A DNA stretch of 64,000 nt from Alphaproteobacteria bacterium (GCA_965216755.1 CBDCGL010000011.1:2336001-2400000), one strand, 5' to 3'. Shown: positions 28,359 to 38,876, counted from the stretch's first letter. Numbers and translations: made by a program. The notes: generated from the letters alone by a model not told the origin.

Positions 28359-29510
28359 CTACCGCTCGGTTAACTTGAACTCGATTCGTCTATTGCGCCG
28401 AAATGCATCATCGCTGTCGGCGCGATCAATCGGTTGAAATTCACCGAATCCGGCGGCCGCCAACTTTTCGGGGGGCAAACCTTGGCGTATCAAGAACTTG
28501 GCGACAGCGACAGCGCGCGCGGTTGACAGCTCCCAGTTCGACGGAAATAGCGTCGTCCGGATAGGGCGCCGATCGGTATGGCCATCGATGCGCAGCACCC
28601 ACTCGATATCGTCGGGAATGTCGTCGGCGATCTCCAACAGCAGATCCGCGAGTTTGCTCATTTGCTGCTGACCGGCCAAGCCCAGCTCAGCCGAGCCGGA
28701 ATCAAACAGCACGCCCGACTGCAAAACAAAGCGATCGCCGCGAATGCTCACCTCGCTACGGTTGGCCAACACCTCGCGCAGACGCCCAAAAAACTCGGAT
28801 CTGTATCGCGACAATTCCTCGACCTTGTTGGCCAGCGCAACGTTGAGCCGTTGCCCCAAATTGGCGATTTGAATTTGCTGCTCTTCGATCTTGGAATCAC
28901 GGGCATCCAACGCATCCTGCACAGCTGCCAGCTGAATTCGCAGCGATGCGATTTGCTGGTTCAAGAGGGCAACCTGGCGCCGTGCCGCGGATGAAATTTC
29001 GCGCTCGCGGTCCAATTGCTCGCGCACCGACACCGCCTTGTCGCGTGCTTCGCCGGAGACGGCCCGTTCGGCTTCAAGCATGGCCATGGCGGCAGCCAAT
29101 TGAAGCCGCAATTCCTCTTGATCTTCCTCCAAGGACGACACATCCAGGCCGGCAGCTTCCAAACTGCGCTGTAGACCATCGGTTTCACCCAGCGCGATCG
29201 CCAGTTGACTGGCCAGACTATCGCGCTCAGCGGTTGAGGCTTGGAGTTGCGCGGCCAACTGATTGATGTCTCCACGCATCTGTATGTTGGCACGTTTTTC
29301 GAGCGCCAGCAGATCGGCCAATTCCGCGACTTGCCGATTGAGCCGTTCCAACGCTTCGTCGCGACCGGACAACGCGCGACTCAAGAAGAACTCCGAGATC
29401 ACGAAGACGACCAGCAAAAAAATCAGCACCAGTAGCAATGTCGACAGGGCATCGACAAATCCCGGCCAGATATCGGCACTGCGACCGAGCCGACGACTTC
29501 TTGCCATCAT
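28359..29510 (-). CDS. MotB-like protein with long coiled coil and OmpA peptidoglycan-binding domain
   Basis: WPGFVDALSTLL TM with conserved Asp; GHTD, NWELSTARA, NRRIE. Confidence 0.88.
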   Translation of the reverse strand: MMARSRRLGRSADIWPGFVDALSTLLLVLIFLLVVFVISEFFLSRALSGRDEALERLNRQVAELADLLALEKRANIQMRGDINQLAAQLQASTAERDSLASQLAIALGETDGLQRSLEAAGLDVSSLEEDQEELRLQLAAAMAMLEAERAVSGEARDKAVSVREQLDREREISSAARRQVALLNQQIASLRIQLAAVQDALDARDSKIEEQQIQIANLGQRLNVALANKVEELSRYRSEFFGRLREVLANRSEVSIRGDRFVLQSGVLFDSGSAELGLAGQQQMSKLADLLLEIADDIPDDIEWVLRIDGHTDRRPIRTTLFPSNWELSTARAVAVAKFLIRQGLPPEKLAAAGFGEFQPIDRADSDDAFRRNRRIEFKLTER

Positions 29511-29544
29511 GGCGCTGACAGCAGCTTTGGTGTCAAACGTTGGT

Positions 29545-30744
29545 TCATGAACCGAGACCGGCGGCGCCACCATGGCTGTCGGCCGAGCCCGGTGGCAGGC
29601 CCGGATCACGATAACCCGCCGCCACCGCAATCGTCCTCGCCAAAAGCTTGATTTCGCTACGCAACTCGGAAATCACTTGGTTGCGACCGTTCACGGATTC
29701 TTCCAACAAGCGCATCATGTAAACGTCCAAATTACGGATATGACTGCGCGTTGCTTCGTCGATTGCCGTCCCTTCGCGATCACCGGCGTCGGCCAAGCGC
29801 GCCAAGACCGGTTTCATATCAGCTTGACCCTCGACGAGCTTGACCATCAGGTTCTGTTCGGCACGCATCTGATCGGTCAATGTCGCCAGGCGTTCGGTCA
29901 GCTGGACGATATTCGAACTTGCCAGGCGCCGCTCGTCTTCGCCCCGCGACATGGTTCGTTGCAGGCTTTCCAAGCTCTCGGCCGTTTGCTCCAATAGAGC
30001 TTGCACATAGACCGGGACCGACTGGTCGCCCTCGACAACACCGCCGCCGCCGCCGGTCAATCGTGTCAGGCCCGACAACCACTCTTCCAGGTCGTTGTAA
30101 AAGTTATTCTGCGCCTGACCCGCCTGCAAATCCAGAAAGCCTAGCACCAATGAGCCAGCCAATCCAAACAGCGACGAGGAAAACGCCGTTCCCATCCCGC
30201 CTAGCGGATCTTCCAAGCCAGCCTTTAGCGCGGCAAACGTCTGCACCATATCGCCATCGCCGATCGACAAGCCGGCGATGACATTGCCGACCGAACCAAC
30301 CGTGTCGAGCAGTCCCCAAAAGGTGCCCAACAGACCCAAGAAAATCAGCAAGCCAATCAAATAACGCGAAATTTCGCGCGTCTCCTCGAGCCGTGACCCT
30401 ATCCCATCGAGCAACGAACGCATGGCCAAGGCCGACAGCATGACTTTGCCCTTGCGATCCGCCAACATGCGCGCCATCGGCGACAGCAGGCGCGGCACAC
30501 CTTGCGTGGTAATCCCCGGTTGATTGGTGCGAAACGTCTCGATCCAACGCACTTCCGGGCTGAGGCCGATCACTTGCCGGAAGCAATAGACAATGCCCAA
30601 TACCAGGACGCCCAGAATGAGGCCGTTGAGCGGCGGGTTGGCTTGAAAGGCCTTGATCAACTGATCGAGCAGCACGACGGAGACACCGCACGCCAACACC
30701 AGAAAGATGATCATACGGGTCAGATATCGGCGCGGCTGGGTCAT
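29545..30744 (-). CDS. MotA/TolQ/ExbB-family proton channel protein with C-terminal coiled-coil tail
   Basis: LGLLGTFWGL and TAFSSSLFGL motifs; long helical tail. Confidence 0.85.
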   Translation of the reverse strand: MTQPRRYLTRMIIFLVLACGVSVVLLDQLIKAFQANPPLNGLILGVLVLGIVYCFRQVIGLSPEVRWIETFRTNQPGITTQGVPRLLSPMARMLADRKGKVMLSALAMRSLLDGIGSRLEETREISRYLIGLLIFLGLLGTFWGLLDTVGSVGNVIAGLSIGDGDMVQTFAALKAGLEDPLGGMGTAFSSSLFGLAGSLVLGFLDLQAGQAQNNFYNDLEEWLSGLTRLTGGGGGVVEGDQSVPVYVQALLEQTAESLESLQRTMSRGEDERRLASSNIVQLTERLATLTDQMRAEQNLMVKLVEGQADMKPVLARLADAGDREGTAIDEATRSHIRNLDVYMMRLLEESVNGRNQVISELRSEIKLLARTIAVAAGYRDPGLPPGSADSHGGAAGLGS

Positions 30745-30804
30745 TGTGGTTCCGTTTAAGTGGGGCAGCTGTGCGTCGCGCCGCCCCGGCGGTTGAACCG
30801 ACGA

Positions 30805-32028
30805 CTATCGAAGGGTCACGATGTCGACACGATCAGGTGGACCACTTTCAAATTTTGCGCCCAAAGCGCGGACGTCGATGCGTGTCGACTGCACACCGGC
30901 GTCAATCAGATAGGAACGCACGGCCAAGGCGCGCGACAACGATAGCCGCCGCGCCGCGCTAGCCGACGACCCGTCAGCACTGGCGAAAGCTTTAAGCTGT
31001 AAACGCGCCGCCCCATCACCGCCCATTGAATCCGCCAAGTCGCTCAGTTGGCCCTCTGACTCGCCGGGTAGCGATGCGTCGCCTGCCGGAAATACGATCA
31101 CCAGCTCGTCGCCAATCATGGTCGGTTCCGCGTCCGGCTCTGGCGGCGTTGGTGGCGTGGCGATTGCTGCCGAAACAATTGTCTGTTCCGGTTCGTCTTC
31201 AGCCGAAGTCAAGCCGGCTGCCGCGGTCGCCGACATATCGGTCGCCGTCGCGGCAGCTGATCGTTCGGCCGGCGCAGGCTCAGGCTTACGCTCAGGCGTC
31301 TCGGGTGCCACCACCGCGGCGATATGGTCGGTCGCGACAGCGGGATCCGGTGGCGGCGCAGATGGCAAAGCCCTCTCGCCCTGTGCGGCCGTGGCGGCCG
31401 GTACGACGGTTTGCTCTGTTTGTGTGGTGGGTGGTGCCGGCGGTGCCGGCATCAGCGGCCGTTCGGGGGTATCCAGCCCGGCCAGGGCCTCCACGGCTGG
31501 ACCCGCGCCAACCGGTGGTGCTGCGGCGGCTCCCGGATCCGGCTGTCCGCCCGCAGCAGCCGCTATCTCCGCGGCCGCGCGATCCACCTGCCGATCCAGG
31601 TCGGACGGTCCACGCGATAGCGGGATTTCTCGCCGTTCCACGTTTGGTACCGGGCGCCCACGATCCGCTTGTGCTTCGAACGCCGGCACCGAAACATCCG
31701 CGCTGGGCACCGGCTGCCCAACCGCCACATCGGCCCGGGACGGTGCCGGCACCAGCAACCGCGAGCGCAAACGCCCGCTTGTCTGATCATAAAAGGGCAG
31801 CAAATGGTCGGCAGACGGCAACGCCGTACCCACCGAGGGCTCCTGCGACAGCACCGGCGATGCGGTCGTGCCGGCCGTTTCACTGCTAATCACAACCGGG
31901 CCCTGCGCGCGGGCATCGCGCCACGCGCCCGTTGCCACGATGATAGCCACGCCAGCACATCCACATGCTGCCGCAATGCTTTTAGCCGTCAAAAACCGAG
32001 ACAATGAGATTGTATTAAGGTTCCTCAA
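30805..32028 (-). CDS. Exported Pro/Ala-rich protein with C-terminal OmpA-like domain (start uncertain)
   Basis: Signal-like N-terminus, low-complexity linker, ARRLSLSRALAVRSYLI..GV..RIDVRALG..DRVDI. Confidence 0.75.
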   Translation of the reverse strand: MRNLNTISLSRFLTAKSIAAACGCAGVAIIVATGAWRDARAQGPVVISSETAGTTASPVLSQEPSVGTALPSADHLLPFYDQTSGRLRSRLLVPAPSRADVAVGQPVPSADVSVPAFEAQADRGRPVPNVERREIPLSRGPSDLDRQVDRAAAEIAAAAGGQPDPGAAAAPPVGAGPAVEALAGLDTPERPLMPAPPAPPTTQTEQTVVPAATAAQGERALPSAPPPDPAVATDHIAAVVAPETPERKPEPAPAERSAAATATDMSATAAAGLTSAEDEPEQTIVSAAIATPPTPPEPDAEPTMIGDELVIVFPAGDASLPGESEGQLSDLADSMGGDGAARLQLKAFASADGSSASAARRLSLSRALAVRSYLIDAGVQSTRIDVRALGAKFESGPPDRVDIVTLR

Positions 32029-32110
32029 TACGGTCCGGCGGGTGCCTGCCCCGCCACCTAGAATTCCGCTCCGGCGAACAATAGCCAGCAATACGCCGCC
32101 GAACAAGCAA

Positions 32111-32926
32111 TCAAGCGGCCGATGCCAAACCAGACGCCTGACGTATCAAGCCGCCTAGCTCGGCATGCAAATGATTATTTGCAACAAGTATATTCGCGCT
32201 GGCAAGAAGATCCGCCGCACCATTCAGGTCGGTGGCATAGCCACCCGCCTCGCGGACCAACAAAACACCCGCAGCAACGTCAGCCGGCTCACACCGATCC
32301 CACCAAGCGGCATCTAGTCGTCCTGCTGCAACATAAGCAAGATCCAGCGCAATACAACCCGTCACCCGCAGGTCGCCCAGCCGCTGCCCCAACCAGGTGC
32401 GATCGGGCGTTGGCGGGGCCGATTCAGTTTTCTCGACACCGCCGACACCGCCATCGGCAACCAATGAATCGTTCATGGTGCGGCGCGCCGATACCCGCAG
32501 GCGATAGTCATTGAGGTATGCGCCGGTGCCACGATCGGCCCAAAAAAGCTCATCGCGCAGCGGATCGTAAACGACCGCCGCAGTCACTTCGCTGCCCGAT
32601 ACATGCGCAAGGCTGATCGCAAAATGGGGCATGGCATGCGCAAAGTTTGTGGTCCCGCTAACTGGATCGATCGCCCAGCAATCGGGGCTGCGATATTCCC
32701 ATTGCCGGCGCGTGCCCGACAGCGCCACCGAAAAACGTGGCCGCGCATGCTTGAGCTCCCGCAACAGGGCTTGCTCCACATGTCGAACGGCTTCGCGCGC
32801 AAAGCCGGCAACGCCGCGCGGGCTTGATTGGAGATTGTCAAGCTCGCCAAAATCGCGCACCAGGCCACGTGTCGCCTTGCGCGCGGCAGCGGCCATAACG
32901 TTCACATCTGCCGAGCGAACCGCCAC
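32111..32926 (-). CDS. suhB: SuhB/inositol monophosphatase family protein with degenerate catalytic motifs
   Basis: RDFGELDNLQ, WAIDPVSGTTNF, ALDLAYVAAGR, DVAAGVLLVREAGG; directly downstream of efp; GTG start with GGAGG RBS. Confidence 0.85.
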   Translation of the reverse strand: MAVRSADVNVMAAAARKATRGLVRDFGELDNLQSSPRGVAGFAREAVRHVEQALLRELKHARPRFSVALSGTRRQWEYRSPDCWAIDPVSGTTNFAHAMPHFAISLAHVSGSEVTAAVVYDPLRDELFWADRGTGAYLNDYRLRVSARRTMNDSLVADGGVGGVEKTESAPPTPDRTWLGQRLGDLRVTGCIALDLAYVAAGRLDAAWWDRCEPADVAAGVLLVREAGGYATDLNGAADLLASANILVANNHLHAELGGLIRQASGLASAA

Positions 32927-32988
32927 GGCATACCCTCCAAAAATTCGTACCGGTGTCGCGCCGCGATCGGCCGACGCCAATTCAGGTC

Positions 32989-33555
32989 CTAGTCCTTGGC
33001 CCGCTCCACATACGCGCCATCGGCCGTCGATACCACGACCCGCGTTCCGGTATCGATATGTGGCGGCACCATTGTCCGCACGCCGTTCTCCAACACGGCC
33101 GGCTTGAAACTGGACGCCGCCGTCTGCCCCTTGACCACTGGTTCGGTCTCGGTCACTGCAAGGGTCACGCTATCTGGCAAGACCACACTGAGCGGCTGTC
33201 CTTCGTGGGATTGTACCTGAACTTCCATGCCATCCTGCAAAAATCGGCGACTATCGCCCAGCAACTGGCCATCCAACGTGATCTGCTCGAAGGTTTCGCC
33301 GTCCATGAAAGTAAGTTGGTCGCCGTCGGCGTATAAAAACTGATAGCTATGCTCATCGAGCCGCACGCGCTCAACATTTTCCGCCGCGCGAAAGCGCTCG
33401 TTGAGTTTGGTGCCGTCATGCAAATTGCGCAGTTCCACCTGGTTGTACGCGCCGCCTTTGCCGGGTTGGGTCTGCTGGATCTTTACGGCACGCCAAAGCG
33501 CGCCGCGGTGCTCGATGACCATGCCCGGACGGATTGCGTTGCCATTAATTCTCAT
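32989..33555 (-). CDS. efp: Elongation factor P
   Basis: PGKGGA loop, [12 protein letters not shown]. Confidence 0.97.
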   Translation of the reverse strand: MRINGNAIRPGMVIEHRGALWRAVKIQQTQPGKGGAYNQVELRNLHDGTKLNERFRAAENVERVRLDEHSYQFLYADGDQLTFMDGETFEQITLDGQLLGDSRRFLQDGMEVQVQSHEGQPLSVVLPDSVTLAVTETEPVVKGQTAASSFKPAVLENGVRTMVPPHIDTGTRVVVSTADGAYVERAKD

Positions 33556-33669
33556 GGGTCATCCTGATCGCTGGTGAATGCGGCGCCGAACGAGCCCGCG
33601 ACCGCGATGCGAAGCGGCGCGGAACCTATCAGGCCGGTGGCGGCAAGGCAACGGCGCGGCCGAAACCGA

Positions 33670-34344
33670 TCAGGCACCCTGGCGACCAGGCGCCAGGGCG
33701 ACTTGTTCGTTCAAGGCCGCCACTGCCGCGGCCGGTCCGCGCTCGTTATTCCAGACACTGCTGATGACGGCCAAAAAATCCGCGCCCGCGGTCACCAGAG
33801 ATTGGCAATTTTCCGCCGTAATGCCACCAATGGCAACACAAGGTACTGTGGTCATCGTCTGCCACCAAGTCAGGACGTCGGGTGTCGCACGGGTTGGCGG
33901 GTCTTTCGTTTGGGTCGGGAAAAAGGCGCCGAAAGCAACATAATCAGCGCCCGCGTCGGCCGCCACAATTGCACGATGCCGCGAGTCGTAGCAACTGACC
34001 CCGACAATGGCGGAGTCGCCGACGCGTTGACGTGCGTCCGCGTACGCCATGTCTTCGGTCCCGATATGGACGCCGTCGGCGCCCACTTCGGCCGCGATAT
34101 CGGGGTCGTCATTCACCAAGAATGCCACGTCTTGGGCATGACAGATCGGCATAAGGACCCGTGCGGCCCGAACCACCTCGGCTCGATCGGCGTCTTTCAG
34201 CCGCAACTGCAAACAGGCGACGTCACCGCCCGTCAGCGCCGCCGCCAAATCATCCGAGAACGCCTCTGGTTCCAGCGCCGGCGGCGTAATCAGATACAGC
34301 CGGCAGCGGGCCCGACCAGGCTGACACGGCGCACAATCGCCCAT
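33670..34344 (-). CDS. thiE: Thiamine phosphate synthase
   Basis: QLRLK, VNDD, DGVHIG, GVSCY, FPTQTK, AIGGI. Confidence 0.93.
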   Translation of the reverse strand: MGDCAPCQPGRARCRLYLITPPALEPEAFSDDLAAALTGGDVACLQLRLKDADRAEVVRAARVLMPICHAQDVAFLVNDDPDIAAEVGADGVHIGTEDMAYADARQRVGDSAIVGVSCYDSRHRAIVAADAGADYVAFGAFFPTQTKDPPTRATPDVLTWWQTMTTVPCVAIGGITAENCQSLVTAGADFLAVISSVWNNERGPAAAVAALNEQVALAPGRQGA

Positions 34345-35265
34345 TCACGCAGCGTCGAGATAAATATTGATAATTTGGTCGAGCAGCTTGAGGGCGTCGT
34401 CGCGCGGTCGCTGGAACGTGTTTCGACCGATGATCGAGCCATTGCCGCCACCGTCGCGGATGGCGCGCACTTCGTCCAGCAAGCCATCGATGTCCTTTGC
34501 CGCACCACCCGAAAACACAACGATGCGCCGGCCGTTGAAGGCGGCTTGCACGATGTGATTGATGCGCGCGCTGAGCGTTGCGACGTCAATATCCTGCGCC
34601 CGATAAACTTTTGCGGCCTCATCAAGCCCCAATGCGTCCGTCGGTGGTTTGACCTTGATGATATGGGCGCCCAGAAGGGCCGCCATGTGCGCCGCATAGG
34701 CACAGATGTCGACCGCCGTTTCACCGGCCTTGGTGAGATTGCCGCCGCGCGGATAAGACCACACCACCACTGCAAGCCCATAGGCCTTGGCTTCCTCGGC
34801 CAGCTCGCGAATTTCTTCCATCATTTCAAATTGATGGTCGGATCCGGGATAAATCGTGAAGCCGATCGCGGCGCAGCCGAGCCGCAGGGCGTCGTGGATC
34901 GATGCCGTGACCGCCTGATCCTTGGAGGTCGCCAGGGAATTGGCGCTATTCATCTTTAAGATCGTCGGAATCTGACCGGCAAAACTGTCGGCGCCAGCTT
35001 CCAACATGCCGAGCGGCGCCGCATAGGCGTTGAGACCGGCGTCGACAGCCAGCTGGTAATGATAGTGGGGATCGTAGGCGGGCGGATTGGGCGCGAAACT
35101 GCGCGCCGGACCATGCTCAAATCCCTGGTCAACGGGCAAAATGACCAGTCGGCCCGTGCCACCCAGGCGCCCTTGCATCAGAATGCGCGCCAGATTGCCC
35201 TTGGTTCCCGGACAATCGCTCTCAAACCCTGCCAATATCTCCTTCACCCGTGGCGTGACTTGCAT
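34345..35265 (-). CDS. fbaB: Class I fructose-bisphosphate aldolase (DhnA/FbaB type)
   Basis: LPVDQGFEHGP, WSYPRG, IIKVKPP Schiff-base Lys, GRNTFQR. Confidence 0.93.
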   Translation of the reverse strand: MQVTPRVKEILAGFESDCPGTKGNLARILMQGRLGGTGRLVILPVDQGFEHGPARSFAPNPPAYDPHYHYQLAVDAGLNAYAAPLGMLEAGADSFAGQIPTILKMNSANSLATSKDQAVTASIHDALRLGCAAIGFTIYPGSDHQFEMMEEIRELAEEAKAYGLAVVVWSYPRGGNLTKAGETAVDICAYAAHMAALLGAHIIKVKPPTDALGLDEAAKVYRAQDIDVATLSARINHIVQAAFNGRRIVVFSGGAAKDIDGLLDEVRAIRDGGGNGSIIGRNTFQRPRDDALKLLDQIINIYLDAA

Positions 35266-35370
35266 AATTGAACCCTCCCAAAGCAAATCCATTCCTATCC
35301 ATCGATGTACCGCGTTGCGCCGTTTGCGCAAGAGCCGGCGACGCGAATCCCGCTATTTGGCGACCGCGCA

Positions 35371-35784
35371 CTAAGCATCTGTTTGCAGCCAGGCGCGGCA
35401 AGCCGCGTGCGGATCATCCGTCGCGGCCAGATCCAAGGCCGGCCCCGTGGGCATAGGCACAATCCGAGCACCTTGTTTGCGCGCCATATCGGCAAGCTTG
35501 GCAAAAACCGTATCCCGCCCGGAAAAGGCGATGGCCCGCCAGCCGCTGCGCAAGGCCGCCAGTGCGATGGCCGGATCGTCGCCCGCATCCAGAACGACCG
35601 CCACATCCGCGGGCCCACACGCCGCGTGTGCCATTTCGACCGCCTTCAGCAGAAAAAGAACGCCTGCATGGGCGGCCGCATCCGGCCCCGTCACAGCCAC
35701 AACCCGCCGGTTCAGCGCCCGTGCCCCGGCAAACACGATCCTCAAATCTTCCAGGTCGCGGACAATGACCGGCCCGCGGGCCAT
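35371..35784 (-). CDS. Small hypothetical protein (aldolase-like fragment) between pgk and fba
   Basis: ATG 2 nt after the pgk stop; VVLDAGDDPAIALAALRSG motif. Confidence 0.65.
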   Translation of the reverse strand: MARGPVIVRDLEDLRIVFAGARALNRRVVAVTGPDAAAHAGVLFLLKAVEMAHAACGPADVAVVLDAGDDPAIALAALRSGWRAIAFSGRDTVFAKLADMARKQGARIVPMPTGPALDLAATDDPHAACRAWLQTDA

Positions 35785-35786
35785 TG

Positions 35787-36992
35787 TTAAGCTGCTTTCA
35801 AGGCCTCGACGCCCGGTAGCGGCTTGCCTTCCATCCATTCCAAGAACGCGCCGCCCGCCGTCGAAATATAACTGAACCCGGCGCTCGCCCCGGCATGTTC
35901 CAACGCCGCGACCGTATCGCCGCCGCCAGCAACGCTGATCAGCCCGCCGGCCTTGGTCATACGTGCTGTGGTCCGCGCCAACATTACGGTCGACGTATCG
36001 AACGGCGGCGTTTCAAACAACCCGACCGGGCCGTTCCACACAACCGTGCGACAAATCGGAATTTTGTTGCCGATCAGGTCGGCCGATTCCGGTCCAATGT
36101 CCAGGATCTTGGCATCGGCCGGGACCGCCTCAACACGGACCACGGCCGGCGCCGCGGCACTCTCGGCCCCCATCAAGACCACGGCATCGTGCGGCAATAT
36201 GATTTCGCACCCGGCGGCGGCCGCAGCCGCCATAATCTCGCGGGCCTGGTCGGCCATGTCGGCCTCGCACAAGGATTGGCCGACACCGTGACCTTGGGCG
36301 TACAGAAACGTATTCGCCATGCCGCCGCCGATCGCCAAAATGTCGACCTTGTGGATCAGATTACCCAGCAACGCCAACTTGGTCGAGACTTTGGCGCCGC
36401 CGACAATTGCCATAACCGGCCGTGCCGGGTTGCCGAGTGCCCGATCCAAGGCTTCGAGTTCGGCCTGCATGAGCCGCCCCGCCGCGTGCGGCAGCCGGGC
36501 CGGCAAACCGACCACCGAAGCATGGGCGCGATGCGAGGCCGAAAAGGCGTCGTTGACATAAGCATCGCCCAACGCCGCCAACGCGCCGGCGAATGCACCG
36601 TCGTTGGCTTCTTCGCCGGCGTGAAATCGCAAATTTTCCAGCAGCGCGAAATGTCCGGGCCGCAATTCGTCAACCACGGTCTGGACGCCCCTACCAATAC
36701 AGTCTTGGACCATTTGTACATCGGCGCCGCCCAATGCCTTTGAAAGCGGCAAGGCCAAAAAGGTCAGCGACAAATCGTCAACGCGCTTGCCTTTCGGCCG
36801 TCCAAAATGAGACAGGATCACCGTGCGCGCGCCGCGTTCCGCCAACTCAATCAATGTCGGCAGCAACCGGTCGATCCGCGTCGTGTCGGTGATTTCCCGC
36901 TCATTGTTGACCGGTACGTTCAAATCGGCGCGTAGTAGGACGCGACAGCCGCCAACATCCAGATCGTCTAGCGTCTTAAAGTTGGTACTCAT
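35787..36992 (-). CDS. pgk: Phosphoglycerate kinase
   Basis: RADLNVP, SHFGRP, LLENLRF, GGAKVSTK, WNGPVG, STAGGAFLE. Confidence 0.97.
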   Translation of the reverse strand: MSTNFKTLDDLDVGGCRVLLRADLNVPVNNEREITDTTRIDRLLPTLIELAERGARTVILSHFGRPKGKRVDDLSLTFLALPLSKALGGADVQMVQDCIGRGVQTVVDELRPGHFALLENLRFHAGEEANDGAFAGALAALGDAYVNDAFSASHRAHASVVGLPARLPHAAGRLMQAELEALDRALGNPARPVMAIVGGAKVSTKLALLGNLIHKVDILAIGGGMANTFLYAQGHGVGQSLCEADMADQAREIMAAAAAAGCEIILPHDAVVLMGAESAAAPAVVRVEAVPADAKILDIGPESADLIGNKIPICRTVVWNGPVGLFETPPFDTSTVMLARTTARMTKAGGLISVAGGGDTVAALEHAGASAGFSYISTAGGAFLEWMEGKPLPGVEALKAA

Positions 36993-37780
36993 TCGCGCGG
37001 AAATTTAGGTGGTCGCTTGGCAAAGAACGCTGAGATCCCCTCGCGCCCTTCATCGCCACGCAATGCGTCGGCAATGGCGCGGCTTTCAAATTCCATTTGA
37101 GTTTCCAGGCTTGCGGCACTGCCATCCAGAATCAGGCGCTTGGCATTTCCGAATGCGCCCAATGGCCCATCGACCAGGGCTTGCGCCATCGCCAATGCTT
37201 CCGGCAAGACGCGATCCGGCGCCACGACGCGATTGACAAGCCCCCAATCCAACGCCTCTTGCGCCGACAACACGCGATTCAACAACGTCATCTCGTGGGC
37301 CCGTCTCAGCCCGACAATCCGGGCGAGGAAAAATGTCGAACTGCCGTCGGGTGTCAGACCGGCGCGGGTATAGGCCATGGTGAATCTGGCGTTGTCGGCG
37401 GCAATGGCCAAGTCGCAGCCGCAGGCGAGGCTCAGACCGCCGCCGGCGGCCGTGCCATTCAACGCGGCAATGACTGGCGCATTCATGCGCGCAAACCGCG
37501 ACACCGCGGCATGTAAGTTGGTGGTCATCTCCTTGACCATCGCCGGCGCATCAGCGCCGGCCGCCACGAACGATGCCAAATCACCGCCGGCGCAGAACAT
37601 CTTATCCCCGGCCCCGGTCAGCACTACGGCCCGCACCTTGGGATCTTCATCGCATGCGATGGCGGCCCGCATCAATTCGACGGTCACCTGAAGGTTCAGA
37701 GCGTTGGCCGCGTCGGGACGATTGAGCGTGATTGTCGTGACACCGTCCGCGTGCGCGACCTTAAGCGTTTCGTAATTCAT
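36989..37780 (-). CDS. Enoyl-CoA hydratase/isomerase (PaaG-like)
   Basis: LNRPDAANAL, FCAGGDL, AAGGG, GLTPDG. Confidence 0.9.
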   Translation of the reverse strand: MNYETLKVAHADGVTTITLNRPDAANALNLQVTVELMRAAIACDEDPKVRAVVLTGAGDKMFCAGGDLASFVAAGADAPAMVKEMTTNLHAAVSRFARMNAPVIAALNGTAAGGGLSLACGCDLAIAADNARFTMAYTRAGLTPDGSSTFFLARIVGLRRAHEMTLLNRVLSAQEALDWGLVNRVVAPDRVLPEALAMAQALVDGPLGAFGNAKRLILDGSAASLETQMEFESRAIADALRGDEGREGISAFFAKRPPKFPRE

Positions 37781-37822
37781 CGGGCCCTCCCTCACTGCAG
37801 GCGCAACCTTGCGCGGCGGCGC

Positions 37823-38827
37823 CTATAGGCCGCCAAGCAAAGCGGCGACGTCGTTCATCCGATTCGAGAACCCCCATTCATTGTCATACCATGACAAGAC
37901 GCGCACGAAACGGCCGTCAACCACTTGGGTTTGTGTCAGATCAAAAACCGAGCTGGCTTGGTTGTGGTTGAAATCGCAAGACACGAGCGGCATGTCGTTG
38001 GTCGCCAAAACACCGCTCATCGGTCCCGCCGCGGCAACGTTGATTGCGTCATTGATTTCCTCGACCGTGGTATCGCGCCCCGCCGTAAAGGTCAGGTCGA
38101 CCAGAGAAACGTTGGGCGTCGGTACGCGGATCGCGGTGCCATCGAGTTTGCCGGCAAGTTCGGGCAGCACCAAACCGACCGCACGCGCCGCGCCAGTCGA
38201 CGTGGGAATCAACGACATGGCCGCGCCCCGGGCCCGGTGCAAGTCCTTGTGCAGCGTGTCGAGCACCGGTTGATCGCCGGTGTACGAATGCACGGTGGTC
38301 ATGAAACCCCGTTCGATTCCCAGTGTGTCGTTCAACACCTTGGCCACCGGCGCCAGGCAATTGGTCGTGCAAGACGCGTTGGAAACAACTTCGTGCTCGG
38401 ACCCCAGCTGATCATGGTTGACGCCGAAAACCACGGTCAGGTCGACGCCAGTTGCCGGCGCCGATATCAGGACTTTGCGCGCGCCCGCCTCCAGATGCTT
38501 CGCCGCCGCATCACGTTTGGTAAAAATGCCGGTGCATTCCAGGGCAACGTCGATGCCGAGTGCTTTCCACGGCAAATTCGCCGGGTCACGCTCGGCGGTG
38601 ACCTTGATGCTTCCTTGGCCGACGTCGAGCTGATCGCCATTCACTTTGATATCGCCGGCAAATCGGCCGTGCACCGAGTCAAAGCGCAGCAGATGCGCAT
38701 TGGTTTCCACCGGTCCCAAATCGTTGATGCCGACCACTTGCACGTCGTTGCGACCGGCTTCCAGCGCGCTGCGCATAACCAAGCGTCCAATGCGGCCGAA
38801 ACCGTTGATCGCCAAACGAACCGCCAT
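37823..38827 (-). CDS. gap: Glyceraldehyde-3-phosphate dehydrogenase type I
   Basis: [23 protein letters not shown]. Confidence 0.98.
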   Translation of the reverse strand: MAVRLAINGFGRIGRLVMRSALEAGRNDVQVVGINDLGPVETNAHLLRFDSVHGRFAGDIKVNGDQLDVGQGSIKVTAERDPANLPWKALGIDVALECTGIFTKRDAAAKHLEAGARKVLISAPATGVDLTVVFGVNHDQLGSEHEVVSNASCTTNCLAPVAKVLNDTLGIERGFMTTVHSYTGDQPVLDTLHKDLHRARGAAMSLIPTSTGAARAVGLVLPELAGKLDGTAIRVPTPNVSLVDLTFTAGRDTTVEEINDAINVAAAGPMSGVLATNDMPLVSCDFNHNQASSVFDLTQTQVVDGRFVRVLSWYDNEWGFSNRMNDVAALLGGL

Positions 38828-38876
38828 AAACCTTTCCCTCCTTGATCGCAGTATCTGGAGCGCCCCTAACGGGCGG

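Noticed and set aside
28359-30744. Flagellar motAB or a complete Zorya system
   Set aside because: No flagellar genes or zorC/D/E nearby; housekeeping context.
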